The notes beneath the pieces are model-generated. The model searched no databases, had not been told where the DNA came from, and saw only the letters and a program-made list of their open reading frames with translations. Position numbers and translations under genes: made by a program. A stretch of 63,084 nucleotides of DNA, filler included, from Octopus bimaculoides (Eukaryota): the NCBI RefSeq assembly GCF_001194135.2. It is 4 parts of 4 records of this genome, joined end to end, with 100 filler letters (N's around TTAATTAATTAA, not from the genome) between each part and the next. Parts side by side here need not be neighbours in the genome. Positions count along the whole stretch, not along the records: positions 25,725 to 48,635 come from NC_068992.1; 3 more parts are not named here. One strand, given 5' to 3'. Shown one piece after another: positions 28,500-42,874 of this stretch. Positions within the stretch are counted from its first letter, which is position 1. Every line of letters begins with the position of its first letter.

Positions 28500-28860
28500 T
28501 AACTACTTGTCTTTCTAACCGACAAACACAGTCTACACGACTCCTATTTGCCTGACTTCTTTACACTTCAACAGACTAAGTCAGACTGTCTAACAGACCG
28601 TATGTCTCACAATCCAATTAACTGCATGTATATTTGTCAAATTGCTTATCAAAATGGGACATGTGTCTATCTAACCAATTAATACAGTCTGCAGGACTTC
28701 CTGTTTGTTTGACTGCTTAACACTTCATAACACTTCAACGGTCTAAGTATGTATGTCTAACAGACCGTATGTCTCACTGTAAAATTAATTGCAAGTATAT
28801 TTGTTTGTCCGTCTAATTGTTTAGCTAAATGATATACCTGTCTATCTCAATTATCCTCAG
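28500..28860. repeat. Degenerate ~167-bp tandem duplication in a CT/CTGA-rich low-complexity block
   Basis: TCTAACAGACCGTATGTCTCAC at 28589 and 28756, with similar flanks. Confidence 0.6.
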
Positions 28861-29727
28861 TCTAGTCATTACTGGCCTTAATATTTCTTTCACCACTTTG
28901 TATTCTGCCTGTGTCTGACTGTCTAACCAGCAAATTGACAGTCTGCCTATCTGTTCAATTGACTGACAGCTAACTTGTCTGACGCTGCTTGTTTGTCTCT
29001 CACTATTGTGCTATCCTCACCCACAGCTTCGCTGCCTTTCTAACCTCTTCACTATCTAACAAACAATCTGAATGTTTCCCTCTCTATGTTTTCATATACG
29101 GCTACAACCTCAGTCACTCTAACTCTCTGTCTGACCACTTGACTATAACTGGCATTCTGTGTAACAGCTAATCTTTTTAACCATTCCCTGTCTGTTTATC
29201 TGTCTCTCTCTGTTTGTCTGTCTGTCATTCTGTCATACAACCGGTTTCATTCACTCTCGCACTCACTCTCGATTCTTGTCCGCTTACCTTCCTACCAGTC
29301 TTTCTGGCCGCCTCACTTTCTCACTGTCTAGCCATCCTTCTATCCACCTTACACTCTATCTCGTTGTTTGGATGTCCGACTCTCTGATTGGCCGACTATC
29401 TGTTGAAACAAGAAGGCGTGGGGGAGGCTAAGTTCTTATCAGAATGCTATGATTAGTAGCTACAGCGAAAGTGAAAGTAGAAGAGAGAGAGAGAAAGGGG
29501 TAGTCGTTGGTCAGATACGGCAACGGAAAACGTAATAACGCTAAATATTATCTCAGGATATTTAATGTGTGTCTACCGTATATAAAGCTTGCTTGCGTTT
29601 ATTGACCACAGTTATTGAGTGAGATAGCTTTATGTATCTCTCACTATCTGGACAAATTGATGACCGAAGGGAGAACAAATATTTGTGAGAGATATTTTTG
29701 TCAGGTGAACAGTTATTAATAAAACAA

Positions 29728-29808
<81 letters not shown>

Positions 29809-30250
29809 TAATAATAATAATAATAACAATAATAATAATACTAATAATAATAATAAAAGCGGACCCAAGCAACAAGGAAACAAAGTAAAAAAAAAGAAAG
29901 TATATAAAAATATATAAAACAGACATTGAAGACGTTTTCAGATAATGTCTTTATTGTTCCTATTCTTGTTGTTGTTGTTATTATCATAATTGTTGTTGCT
30001 GTTGCCTTTGTCATTGATGTTGTGACCTATGCTATTGTTACTGTTGTTGTTGTTGTTGTTGTTGTTCGTGATGGTGGTGGCGGTGGTTTCGTCGTCATTG
30101 TTATTCTAGACGTTCTTGCTGTTGTTGATGTTTCACTTGTTCTCTTTGGCTATGTGTTGTTGTTGTTGTTGCTTTTGCTGTTGCTGTTGTTGTTTTTGCT
30201 GCTATTGTAAAGTCAGAGAATTGGTAAAAAAAAAAAAATCAAAAAAAAAT

Positions 30251-30400
30251 CATTAGAGCGTCAGACGGAAATTCTTGAGGTATTCCTTTCGGCCCTCTGC
30301 TCTTTGAGTTCAAATCCGGTGGAGGTCAACTTTTCCTCTCATATGTTTTCGGGGTCGATAAATTAAAAAAAAAAAAAGGCATCCAGTACTAGGTCGCTCC
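30251..30400 (+). mobile_element. SINE family B fragment
   Basis: GAGTTCAAATCC..GAGGTCAACTTT..TTTCGGGGTCGATAAATT. Confidence 0.65.
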
Positions 30401-30679
30401 TTCTCAGATTTCCTTCCTTTTCTATCGTACCTGTAATTCAAACGTCTAGTCATATAAAATCGGGTCACAAACATTCGATGACAAGATTACATTAAGGAAA
30501 GTACATGGGTCTGTGGAACACCCAGCCCCTCACAAATTCATTTCACAAGTAGGAATGACCAAACAACTAAACCTTTATCGTTGGCACCGACGGAGAATTC
30601 ACCAAAATCATTCCTGTTATTGGCAATAATTATTGGTAGATCTCTTACTCGGTGTTGCTGTTTTTATTGTCGTTGCTAG

Positions 30680-30921
30680 TGTTTCTCTTGATGATGATGA
30701 TGATGATGGTGGTGATGCTGGTGATGATGATGATGATGATGAGGATGATGATGATCATGATCATGATCATGATCATGATCATGATGGTGATGATGATGAT
30801 GATGATGATGATGGTGATGATGATGGTGACGCTGGTGATGATGATGATGATGATGAGGATGAGGATGATGATGATGATGATGATGGTGATGATGATGGTG
30901 ATGATGATGTTGATGTTGGAG

Positions 30922-30953
<32 letters not shown>

Positions 30954-30973
30954 GGTGATGATGTGATGATGAC

Positions 30974-31016
<43 letters not shown>

Positions 31017-31107
31017 GTGATGATGATGGTGATGATGATGATGATGATGAGGAGGAGGAGGATGATGATGATGATGATGATGGTGATGATGATGGTGATG
31101 ATGATGG

Positions 31108-31149
<42 letters not shown>

Positions 31150-31157
31150 GGATGATG

Positions 31158-31213
<56 letters not shown>

Positions 31214-31215
31214 GG

Positions 31216-31247
<32 letters not shown>

Positions 31248-31379
31248 GTGATGATGGTGATGATGATGAGGATGAGGATGATGATGATGATGGTGATGAT
31301 GATGATGAGGAGGAAGAGGATGATGGTGATGAGGATGAGGATGAGGATGATGATGATGATGATGATGATGATTTTGTTG

Positions 31380-31411
<32 letters not shown>

Positions 31412-31420
31412 GGTGGTGGT
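30680..31420. repeat. Long degenerate (GAT/GGT/GAG)n microsatellite followed by (GTT)n(GGT)n
   Basis: Directly visible; explains the poly-D/poly-M ORFs. Confidence 0.95.
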
Positions 31421-31800
31421 GGTGTGCGTGTGTGTGAAGGGGGTGATGTTTTTGCTGCTACAGTTGTAGTTGTTGTTGGGACAACTTCTTAATCCTGCTG
31501 CTGCTGTTCTTATATTTGTGCTTGCTATTATTGTTGTTGTTGTTGCTACAGTTTTTGTTCATAATTGTTATTCCTACAGCTGTTCAATCAATTGTTCTTG
31601 CTGCTGTTAACGTCGCTATTGAATCGGTGTTACGCAGTGTCATAAACAACGGTTACAGACCAGCGAAAGCTGTTTATAGACGAAACATCTAAGCGGGGAT
31701 CCTCATGTTAGAAACAGAGAACACGAAAATCCAAATAACGACCGTCACCACCAACCACGCCGACACGAGCTGGGGAGCTTCCACGCGCGCGTGTATGTGT

Positions 31801-31842
<42 letters not shown>

Positions 31843-32363
31843 ACGCGCGTGTTTGTGATTGTGCATGTGCGCGCACGTGCGCATGTCATGTCGCAACATG
31901 TATACATAACACGAGCTTAAGTAAATGAAATGACACAAAGCTACGAAAGAACGAAGACGAATCTTTCCAACAAAATGGCTATTTCATTCGATTAAGTAAA
32001 TTGTTGGTAAAGAATAAGTTTATACAAACCACTCGGAATGCTTAATANNNNNNNNNNNNNNNNNNNNNNNNNNNNNNNNNNNNNNNNNNNNNNNNNNNNN
32101 NNNNNNNNNNNNNNNNNNNNNNNNNNNNNNNNNNNNNNNNNNNNNNNNNNNNNNTATATATATATATATATATATATATATTACAGTAAGAAGATTGCAA
32201 ATGACAAAACAAACTATAAAATATAATTACTACTTTTTTATGTTGTAATGTTGCATTTGGTGAGATGCAACGCAGTAAAAATTTCGTAATCATATTTTGG
32301 TAAGTTACTATGCAGGTGTATGTGACAATAGTTTAAAAGTTCTTATACAGAAGTTCTTATATA

Positions 32364-32485
32364 GGCGCAGGTGTGGCTGTGTGGTAAGTAGCTTGCTTAT
32401 CAACCACATGGTTCCGGGTTCATTCCCACTGCGTGGCACCTTGGGCAAGTGTCTTCTACTATAGCCTCGGGCCAACCAAACCCTT
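32364..32485 (+). mobile_element. SINE family A, 5' part
   Basis: GGCGCAGGTGTGGCTGTGTGGTAAG (A box), GGTTCATTCCC (B box), CCTTGGGCAAGTGTC (CORE-like). Confidence 0.88.
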
Positions 32486-32488
32486 ACA

Positions 32489-32531
<43 letters not shown>

Positions 32532-33539
32532 CTGTGTTTGTGTGTATATATACATATACATATAGACACACTCACACACGCATATATGTATGTGTGTGCA
32601 TGTGTGTGTGTGTGTGAGTGAGTGTGCGCACACGCATACATATATATTAGCTTTGATCAAGTTTTCTGAAGGCAGCTTGGTTGCTATATCTAGTCGATGG
32701 AGCGGGCAGATGAAGATTCCCTCATTGGCTTGTGGTGGAAATATTAATGACGGTGCTGGAAGGGGTGGACTTGTCATTGTTGTTGTTGTTGTTGTTGACT
32801 TTGTTGCGGTGGTGATGCTGCTGGCGCTGCTGGTGGTGGCGGCGGCGGCAGTAGTGCTGGTAAATTATATAAAATGAATGTTAGTGATGATTGTGATAAC
32901 GACGACGATGATAATGATAGTGATGATGATGATGATATAGATGACGACGACGACGACGACGACGACGGTGGTGAGGATGACGATGATGATTATGACGATG
33001 ACGATGACGACGATGAAGATGATGATGAAGTTAGACATATAAAGGAAAATACAGTCCAGCCATTCGTTGCTTCATTCTAATAGCGTCTAATCTAGATAAA
33101 GTGCCGCCATTTTAGCGCACTTTCTCAACTGTCCTTCTACCAAAACACTACAAAAATCAAAACAAAAACAAAAAACAAAAACATAAAATGCACAAACAAA
33201 ACTGGACTGAGTGGTCCTATTTTTAACAACCCCGTGGGTCAGTGTAGAATGTTTTCATGAAACATGATGTGTTTTAGATATAAAACTCAATCTATTTAAC
33301 CGACCAATAATATTGGTTTTATAACCAAAAATCACTTAGCATGATCACATTAGATATTCTATAGTTTCTTAATGACTTCTCTCAATGTGATTCTTACGTT
33401 TTTATATCGTTGGGAGGCCACTTTATTCTGTCCACTCCAGTCTCACCAATTTCGGGAATATTTTTGCGTCTTACAACCAACATCATTATTTCTTACGGAA
33501 TTAGCTTTAGTCGTCTCTGCCTCTTCGTCCCTCTCCAAT

Positions 33540-33860
33540 GAATATTACTTTTATTCTTTCTTCTTTACATTTTTTTTTTCGTTCTCTTTTCATCTTTTCT
33601 TTCTTGCTATCTCTCTCATCCTACCCTTCATTTACTATCTCTCTTTCTTTCTCCCTCCTTCACTTTTCATATCTATCTATTCACCTCTAGTCCTCGTTCT
33701 TTCCTTTGGCCTTCCGTCTTTTCATTCTATATTTTCTTTCTCTCTTTTTGCCCTTTATATCTTTCTTCGTTTTTTTTTCTTTCCTTCGTTTTCCATTCCT
33801 TCTTTCTCCCTTTCTTTTTTCTCTTTTCCTTTCATCTTTTGTCCACTGTATCCTTCACTG

Positions 33861-33943
<83 letters not shown>

Positions 33944-34307
33944 TTTATGTGTCTCTATTTCACTGATTCTCATTCGTACATCTGTTTTCCTCTTAATCTC
34001 ATTAACCATTCCCAACAACTCTGCTTTCCTCAAAAATCTTGTTTCTATCTTTGTGCCGATTCACATCATCACCGCTGCCACCAACACACAGTATCATCCA
34101 CCAAGAATAACAACCGCCAACTCCAAATGTCGATCAAAACGCCAATCAGTCACCAACACCACCACCACCATGGCACCAATAATATTTCCATCGTCTCGCT
34201 ATTTCGTGCCGCTGAATCCTGCCTCTATTCCCTTCATTTATACCTCTAGTTTAGCTTTCACTCACAAGGAACCTCTAAACACTGAAACAACTTTCAGCTG
34301 CATTACA

Positions 34308-34370
<63 letters not shown>

Positions 34371-34500
34371 TTGTCTATATATCTATTTCTCTTTCTCTCT
34401 CTCTCTTTCTCCCTCTCTCAATCTATCTGTCTCTCTATCTTACTATCTGTCTTTCTTTCTCCCTCTCATTTTCTTCCTCCTTCTCTAGCCCTCTCTCTTA
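33540..34500. repeat. ~1-kb polypyrimidine tract containing (CT)n and (CTAT)n arrays
   Basis: Strong strand asymmetry; explains the 387-aa F/L/S-rich ORF. Confidence 0.85.
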
Positions 34501-34592
34501 TATATATATATATATGTATATATTTATCTATATAAATGTATGCATGCATATTTATATGTGTATATACAAAGATATCTGTATATATGTGTATA

Positions 34593-34985
34593 GGCGCGGG
34601 CGTGGTTGTGTAGTAAGAAGCTGGCTTTCCAACCACATGGTTCTGGGTTCAATCCTACTACATGGCACCTACTATAGTCTCGATCAGACCAAAGCCATGT
34701 GAGTGGATTTGGTAGACGGAAACTGAAAGAAACCCGTCCTGTATGCGTGTGTGTATGTGAGAGAGAGACAGAGAGAGAAAGAGTGTGTGTATGCGCGCGC
34801 GGGCATCTTTGTATCTGTGTTTGTCCCATCATCACCGCTTGACAAACGGTGGTGTGTTTACGTCCCCGTATCTTAGCGGTTCGACAATTTGACCGAGAGA
34901 ATAAGTACTAAACTTTAATAATACGTCCTGGGGTTCATTTGTTCGACTAAAACCCCTGAAAGTGGTGCTCCAGTATGGCTGCAGT
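34593..34985 (+). mobile_element. SINE family A, near full length, diverged
   Basis: Colinear with 49615-50068; its internal simple repeat is (GT)/(GA)-type. Confidence 0.88.
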
Positions 34986-35077
34986 TCTCTATTTTTTCTG
35001 GTGAAGAACTAATATCCGAAATGTTAAGGCAAATTCTATATCTGTCAAGGCGTTAAGCTTGTATTTATGTTAAACAT

Positions 35078-35123
<46 letters not shown>

Positions 35124-35305
35124 GTATATATGTGTGTACGTCCGTAAACATGTATGTATATATTTATGTAAATGTATACACACACACACACACATACGCA
35201 CACACACACACAAACACACACACACACACANNNNNNNNNNNNNNNNNNNNNNNNNNNNNNNNNNNNNNNNNNNNNNNNNNNNNNNNNNNNNNNNNNNNNN
35301 NNNNN

Positions 35306-35342
<37 letters not shown>

Positions 35343-36482
35343 CATACATACACTTAGTAACTTCAAATACATAACTGGTTTAGTACTTACAGGGGTTAAT
35401 TAATTGGAATATGAAAAAGTGTCAACATTAAATAATCAGTACATCGCTTTGACTTATTAGGTTCCACTTACATCAAATGTTTTCTGAGTTGCTGATATAC
35501 ATTACTCACATCTTCCGCCACTAACTCTATCAGGCTGTGCTGTGCGTATAACTGACCAAGTATTGGGGTAATTTATATTTCTATCTGTGAGCTTCCCGAA
35601 AGCTTTATTTAGCGAGGTTACAACTAACTTTATTTCTCTTCCTACAAATGGTTACTCCAGAGGGATTTAAATTTAGAATAGGTTACCTCTATATAAATAG
35701 CACCTTATCGAGTGCAAGTACAGACCATATAAATATTCCACCTATGATACTGGTTACTCAGCGAACGAACTTTGTTACGTATCTCACTATGCTTTGTTGA
35801 CATCCGTGTGAGTAGGATTGTCAGATATTGCTATATCTCCGTTTGTAGGGTTGCTACTAGAATTTGATTTATCGACGGAGTTGCTGTTTAAACTAGAGAG
35901 GAATTTAGAGTGATCTGGTAGGTTGGTGATATGATTAATGTCACGGTAGTCCGGGACATTAATATCACTCGAAACACGATTTATTTTCATACTATTAAAG
36001 GCTGCTGTATTTTTCCAGTAGGTGAAGAGTGTTAGAGTAGGCCAGTTTGACATTGAGGCAATTTATGTTTTGGGGAGTGCGTTAAATTAACAGATATTAA
36101 CCTCTCCTCCTGACTCCAAGAAAGCTAACATTGGCGTGTCTGCACGCTGTACTTTGAAAAACAGCCGCAAGAGAGATAAGCCCTAAGAATTCTAAGTTTT
36201 TGTAAAACCGAATGAATCTCTTTCTACATTTGTCGTAGCTAACTTCATTTTTGGGAAGCGAATAATGCACTGTCCCTATATAGACCGACTTCAATGTTCT
36301 GAAATACACTCTTAATGAAATGAAAAATATTTATACGCAAAAGATCTTTATATTAGGTTATTTCTCTATCCTTACGGCCCCAAATCTTGTTATTGAATCT
36401 AATACCCAATCACCAGGCGACTAGGCTTTTATTCACATCATGCCTAGAATACAAGGGCTTTATTTAGAAGGACTGGTAAGAA

Positions 36483-36686
36483 ACGAAGGGGTACTGAAAA
36501 GTTCTTGGCTTTAAGGGTATCGTGAAAGGCCTTGTAAGAGGCCCAACCTTCTGCGTTCATTTACAGGGCTTAGAAAAACTGAAGGACCGCTGCAATAAGT
36601 GCGTGAATCTGAATAAATTCATAATTAACTGATCTGCCTTTATTTTCTTTTACCCAAAGGCCAGGAACTTTTCAGCACCCCCTCGT
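36483..36686 (+). mobile_element. 204-bp internally deleted mariner derivative
   Basis: ~30-bp TIRs ACGAAGGGGTACTGAAAAGTTCTTGGCTTT and AAAGGCCAGGAACTTTTCAGCACCCCCTCGT. The interior encodes LQGLEKLKDRCNKCVNL, like a mariner transposase C-terminus. TA TSDs are not preserved. Confidence 0.8.
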
Positions 36687-36988
36687 TGAAGAGTAATCGT
36701 TTGCTATATCTAATTGTAAAAATTTAACATCTATTTTATGCACACCTAAAAACAATTAATTAACTTAAAATTATTCGACCACGAATGGAGGAGATTTTCT
36801 CTTTTTTTTTTTTTTTTTCCTTTTTTTAGAGTGGGTACAATTCTTTTTATCCCTACAAAAGTGGGCTGAAAAGTTCATAAGATGACTGTGAAGGAGTGAC
36901 GCTAGAGCCGTGAAATCTTGCATGCCATTAATTTTTTCCTGTCGGGGAACAGATGGTAGTCAGATGGAGCCAAATCAGGAGAATAGAG

Positions 36989-37043
<55 letters not shown>

Positions 37044-37786
37044 ACACATGCATGCTATAATTTACGCACTCTTCATGCACACACACGTGCACAAATACAT
37101 ATACCTGCACATATACACACAGATAGAAACGAACTCAACACTCACACAAACACAAACACGAAAATTTAGATTACACCTACATCTACACACAAAACATACC
37201 CTATACACACCTACCACTTTACACACACACACACACAACACATGCAATAGATACACATTGTGTATACACATACGCATTCACCCACTACACGTTCATTCAA
37301 AAACACGCATACAGATATACATGCATGTATACACACATACACTCACAACACAGACACACATTTCACTTTCCACACATATTATATATCAAACACACACAGT
37401 ACAGTACAGTCTACACCACCATACACATACGCACACATTTAAACACACACAGATAATACACAACATGCACGATCGTAAACACCCACATGTTCATACACAA
37501 ATTAAACTGTCCATCCATTATCTCCCTTTACAATTGATCTCGTGCTCTTTTTTACTTCCCTTCGCCATTTTCAGTCGGCCATTCATTTTACATCATGCCA
37601 TCATTTTAAATACACATGTTTATTTTTTCGTTCCTTTTTTTTTCTTTTTGTTTGTTAGTTTTTCTCTACCTTACTTTGAAGTGGCAATCCTCTTTTTTTG
37701 CTCCTTTTTCTTCGTCCAGCTTTAAACTAATATTATAGATAATCCATTTCAATTTTCTTGGTTTGTTTTCTCCCTAAAAGCTTTTA

Positions 37787-37833
<47 letters not shown>

Positions 37834-38389
37834 GCACACACCTTCTCAAGTTATGTTGTACTGATGTGCCCAGAATAAGGGTGAAATAGTGCTATCTACA
37901 ACTACGAAAACTACAGGAATATGCAATAAATGGATATTAGAGAAATATGGAAACAACCTACACTCTTTCACTCATAGGAAAAAGACCTCTCTGGATAAGG
38001 AAAGAAACAATAGGTAAGATACAAACCGTAAAGCGATTCTCACTCCTTAAAGAAAATATTCACCCTCTATGTCATCTCGCAAAATGTGATACTCAAGCAG
38101 ATGTTACGTATATTATCTAATAGCAGTTTGGATCGGTTCAATACAACGAACTCATCTCTACAAGCTTGATGAGATAGGTTCGTCTGGCGGGCCTAGGAAA
38201 CTGTAAGTTGCATTGAACCGAGTCAGTAACTAAATAATATTAAATAATATAAATGTATACATACATATATATATATATACATATATACTTATATATGTTT
38301 GTGTATGTATGTTTGCATATATTTATATATGTTTGTGTATGTATGTTTGCATATATTTATACATGTAAATGGATGTACTTGTATGTGTG

Positions 38390-38464
<75 letters not shown>

Positions 38465-40103
38465 TATATATACAAATATATATACATACGTACGTGCATA
38501 TGTCTGTGTGTGTGTGTGTCTCAGTATAAACTTGTGCGTGAGAGAGAGAGAGAGAACGAGAGAAAAGGTGAGAGCTAGAAGCAAGAGATATCGTGACAGA
38601 TTTAGACAAAGAAATTTATATAAATATATCCGCTATACACGTTTGTGTGTGTGTCTTTGTGTGTACGTGTGTGTGTGGGTGTGTGTGTGTGTATGTGTGT
38701 GTTTGTATATATACACACACACACGCACACACATATATATATATGTATACATTCGTACAAGAGACAGACGAAAAGAGAGGAGGGAACTAGGGACATCGAA
38801 AGTCAGGCAGGCAAACAGACAGAAAGTTTTTGATCAAAGAGACAAAGAAAGTAAATAAACAGTACAATGGTGAGTAGAAAGAAATAGAATGTGGGTCGAA
38901 GGTAGAGGTGGTGTTGGGATGGGGTGGAAGGTGTAGGGTTAATTATCTAATTAATAAAAATGAGAATCTTTCCTTTTGTCTCTAATCATATTAGTGTTAC
39001 AAGTCATCCTTAAATTTCCTAGAGGGATTCTTGATTCCCTGCATCACCATCACCAATGCCACCAACCACTATACCACATGCTTTCGTCAAAAGTAACAGT
39101 ACAACCGCCACCACTACCACCACTACCACCACCACCACCACCACCACCNNNNNNNNNNNNNNNNNNNNNNNNNNNNNNNNNNNNNNNNNNNNNNNNNNNN
39201 NNNNNNNNNNNNNNNNNNNNNNNNNNNNNNNNNNNNNNNNNNNNNNNNNNNNNNNNNNNNNNNNNNNNNNNNNNNNNNNNNNNNNNNNNNNNNNNNNNNN
39301 NNNNNNNNNNNNNNNNNNNNNNNNNNNNNNNNNNNNNNNNNNNNNNNNNNNNNNNNNNNNNNNNNNNNNNNNNNNNNNNNNNNNNNNNNNNNNNNNNNNN
39401 NNNNNNNNNNNNNNNNNNNNNNNNNNNNNNNNNNNNNNNNNNNNNNNNNNNNNNNNNNNNNNNNNNNNNNNNNNNNNNNNNNNNNNNNNNNNNNNNNNNN
39501 NNNNNNNNNNNNNNNNNNNNNNNNNNNNNNNNNNNNNNNNNNNNNNNNNNNNNNNNNNNNNNNNNNNNNNNNNNNNNNNNNNNNNNNNNNNNNNNNNNNN
39601 NNNNNNNNNNNNNNNNNNNNNNNNNNNNNNNNNNNNNNNNNNNNNNNNNNNNNNNNNNNNNNNNNNNNNNNNNNNNNNNNNNNNNNNNNNNNNNNNNNNN
39701 NNNNNNNNNNNNNNNNNNNNNNNNNNNNNNNNNNNNNNNNNNNNNNNNNNNNNNNNNNNNNNNNNNNNNNNNNNNNNNNNNNNNNNNNNNNNNNNNNNNN
39801 NNNNNNNNNNNNNNNNNNNNNNNNNNNNNNNNNNNNNNNNNNNNNNNNNNNNNNNNNNNNNNNNNNNNNNNNNNNNNNNNNNNNNNNNNNNNNNNNNNNN
39901 NNNNNNNNNNNNNNNNNNNNNNNNNNNNNNNNNNNNNNNNNNNNNNNNNNNNNNNNNNNNNNNNNNNNNNNNNNNNNNNNNNNNNNNNNNNNNNNNNNNN
40001 NNNNNNNNNNNNNNNNNNNNNNNNNNNNNNNNNNNNNNNNNNNNNNNNNNNNNNNNNNNNNNNNNNNNNNNNNNNNNNNNNNNNNNNNNNNNNNNNNNNN
40101 NNT

Positions 40104-40222
40104 CAGTTTCCGTCTACCAAACCCACTCACAAGGCTTTGGTCGGCCCGAGGCTACAGTGGGACTGAACCCGGAACCATGTGGTTTGTAAGCAAGCTACTT
40201 ACCACACAGTCACTCCTATGCC
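40104..40222 (-). mobile_element. SINE family A, 5' part with an internal deletion
   Basis: Reverse complement matches the head of family A. Confidence 0.85.
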
Positions 40223-40912
40223 TACTACAATTTTATCCAGCAACACCACCACTACCAACGCCAACACTACTACACATAAACCAACAGCAACATCACAATT
40301 ACCATCACCGATGCCACCAGTACCTCTACCACCACCAACACTACCACTACAACCACTAACGCCACTACCACTACCACACGAACACGAAAACTAGCACCAC
40401 CACCACCACTAATAATCTCTAAGGCCAATACTACTACCGCTACAACTACAACTACCCCCATCCTCACCACCATTACTATCACCGACACCATCAGTACTTC
40501 TACCAACACCGGCGAGACTACCTCCAACACGAACACTACCACCACCACCAACAACAACACTACAACCACCAGTACAAACACTACAATCACAGCTCACCAC
40601 TCTTCTCCTTTCTTTCCCACAATGCATCAGTGGAGTTTCTCCCTCTTTACCATTCTGCCTTGTTATGGCTGCTACCACTTCCAAGTCAGCATTGTGCCAG
40701 ATAAAGAACGACTTCCTGCAAAACCCTGATGTTTCTAACAATACATCTAACACCAGCCGACTTCGACAACAACGGAACCAATATATTTCTGAAAATGGTT
40801 ACTTCCGTTTTGACAAAATATTAAAATACATCTATATCGATATCAGTTTGTTTTTGTATGTATATGTATATATATACATGTATTTGAGTGTACATATGTA
40901 TGCATATATATG

Positions 40913-40947
<35 letters not shown>

Positions 40948-41651
40948 NNNNNNNNNNNNNNNNNNNNNNNNNNNNNNNNNNNNNNNNNNNNNNNNNNNNN
41001 NNNNNNNNNNNNNNNNNNNNNNNNNNNNNNNNNNNNNNNNNNNNNNNNNNNNNNNNNNNNNNNNNNNNNNNNNNNNNNNNNNNNNNNNNNNNNNNNNNNN
41101 NNNNNNNNNNNNNNNNNNNNNNNNNNNNNNNNNNNNNNNNNNNNNNNNNNNNNNNNNNNNNNNNNNNNNNNNNNNNNNNNNNNNNNNNNNNNNNNNNNNN
41201 NNNNNNNNNNNNNNNNNNNNNNNNNNTATATATATATATATATATATATATATGCGTATGTATATGTATATATATATTGTATACACAAGCATCTTACACG
41301 TGTATATTTATATACACATGCATGCATCAAGAATACATATGTATTAATATAAAATACACTCTTATCTCAATTAATTAATACAAGTCTACGCATGCGTACT
41401 ACAGTTTTGCTCTGTGTGTGTGTGTATGTGTGTACATAGAGGCAGGTGTAGCTGTATGCGATTGTGTGTGCGTGTATATGAGTGCGATTTAGTGTTTAGG
41501 TGAGTGTGTGCGCGCACATGTGTGTGTGTGTGTGTGTGTGTGTGCTTCCCTTGTTGATTAGTTAGGTAACAGTTGCCATAAATTTAATATGGTTCACCTT
41601 TAGTTTACGCTATTGACAGTAACATAAACGCCCACGCTTTCTATCTCTACT

Positions 41652-41703
<52 letters not shown>

Positions 41704-42874
41704 TGTATGCATATCATTTACATACATGAACTCTAAGGGGAAACACCCTTTATCAGCTGCCGACTGGTGGCGACGACGATTTTGAAACTATCACGACTAT
41801 CGCTTCCTTCCCGCCATCTTTGTTGCACAGAATTTATGCTACCAGAAATTGTCGCTCCAGATACTTTCAGTACATATCGTAGCACACTTTTAGCTCAGTA
41901 TTTTGGCGCCTCGTTGTGTGGGGGAGTTCCAGTCTCTTGTATTTTCTCATGCTTCACTTTTTACCTCCTCTTTCATTTTTACAGTTTCCAGCAACTCTTT
42001 CATCCCATTCTTCGATCTTCAACCCTTCTCCATCACAACATAGGAGCGAGATAGTACTATTGCTTGGAATCTCTGGGTGGCCTTGTGCTGGCGGAGAATT
42101 TCGGCTTCCTTCTCAACATCAGTCCCTGATGAACTTTCACCGATTGTTCTCGACTCAAGAAACAGCGGTAACAGCAGCTGTGATCTCCATCTTTGGTGTC
42201 TGCTACAGTTTACCTTTCGCTATATCTTAATTACTTTTTCTTCTTTTCTATGTAGAAGAATTTCTAGTGATGTTTACTACAATACCTTTTACAACTGGGC
42301 TTTTTGTACCACACCATCAGCCTGGTTTGTTCCATCGCTGCACCTTCAATGAGGCACAGCTCTAGAAAACCTTGCAATATTTGAGGGACATTTGCATTCA
42401 GTTGTTTATATAGTCCCCATCCGACCACATGTTGTCAGTTATCTCTGCTCTCGCAACATGCTTATACTCTCTCACACAGGTGACAGTAAGTCACTGATAC
42501 ATTCAGCTTTGATCTCAAATCGCTATCTAACCCAAAGTTATTACTGATCGAGAGCGAGCAAACTTAAATACCACTCGTTTCTAGGGAAGAAGTGACCATA
42601 GTCGTTTGAATCGTCCCATTTATTTGAGTAATATATTAATCTCTCAGTATTTAGCCGATATTCATTTTATTCGGGGGTAACAAAAGGTAAGCATCGTCTG
42701 TCTGTAGGAGGAATTGAGTATGGAAGCTTGAATTAATACTAATATATGACTGGTATTTTATCAATGGTGATCATAACGTAAATGGCCATAACTAAATAGC
42801 TTAAGTCTATTTATTCCGGTACTCTGCATTTTTTGCTACGTCTATCACCGTATTTAACAATGAATAGGGGTTTC

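Noticed and set aside
30633-31469. 278-aa poly-Asp/poly-Met ORF (and similar poly-I, L, Y and HT ORFs throughout)
   Set aside because: Translation of microsatellites lacking stop codons; no splice or domain evidence.
33372-34535. 387-aa hydrophobic ORF resembling a membrane protein
   Set aside because: A polypyrimidine and (CT)n/(CTAT)n tract that cannot encode stops.
35350-36480. Nuclear mitochondrial insertion
   Set aside because: TAA/TAG stops remain under the invertebrate mitochondrial code and no mitochondrial protein or RNA motif is recognisable.
38976-40189. Long ORFs spanning N runs (also near 3.4k, 5.8k, 24.4k, 59.2k and 61.3k)
   Set aside because: Gap artefacts.
40411-40620. Thr-rich mucin-like reading frame
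   Set aside because: Degenerate (ACC/ACT)n simple sequence with frame changes and no splice support.
42126-42165. Hammerhead core CTGATGA...GAAAC
   Set aside because: No stem II, I or III pairing can be formed.
41760-42420. Coding-like minus-strand block
   Set aside because: Multiple stops in every frame and no motif I can assign; probably decayed TE sequence.
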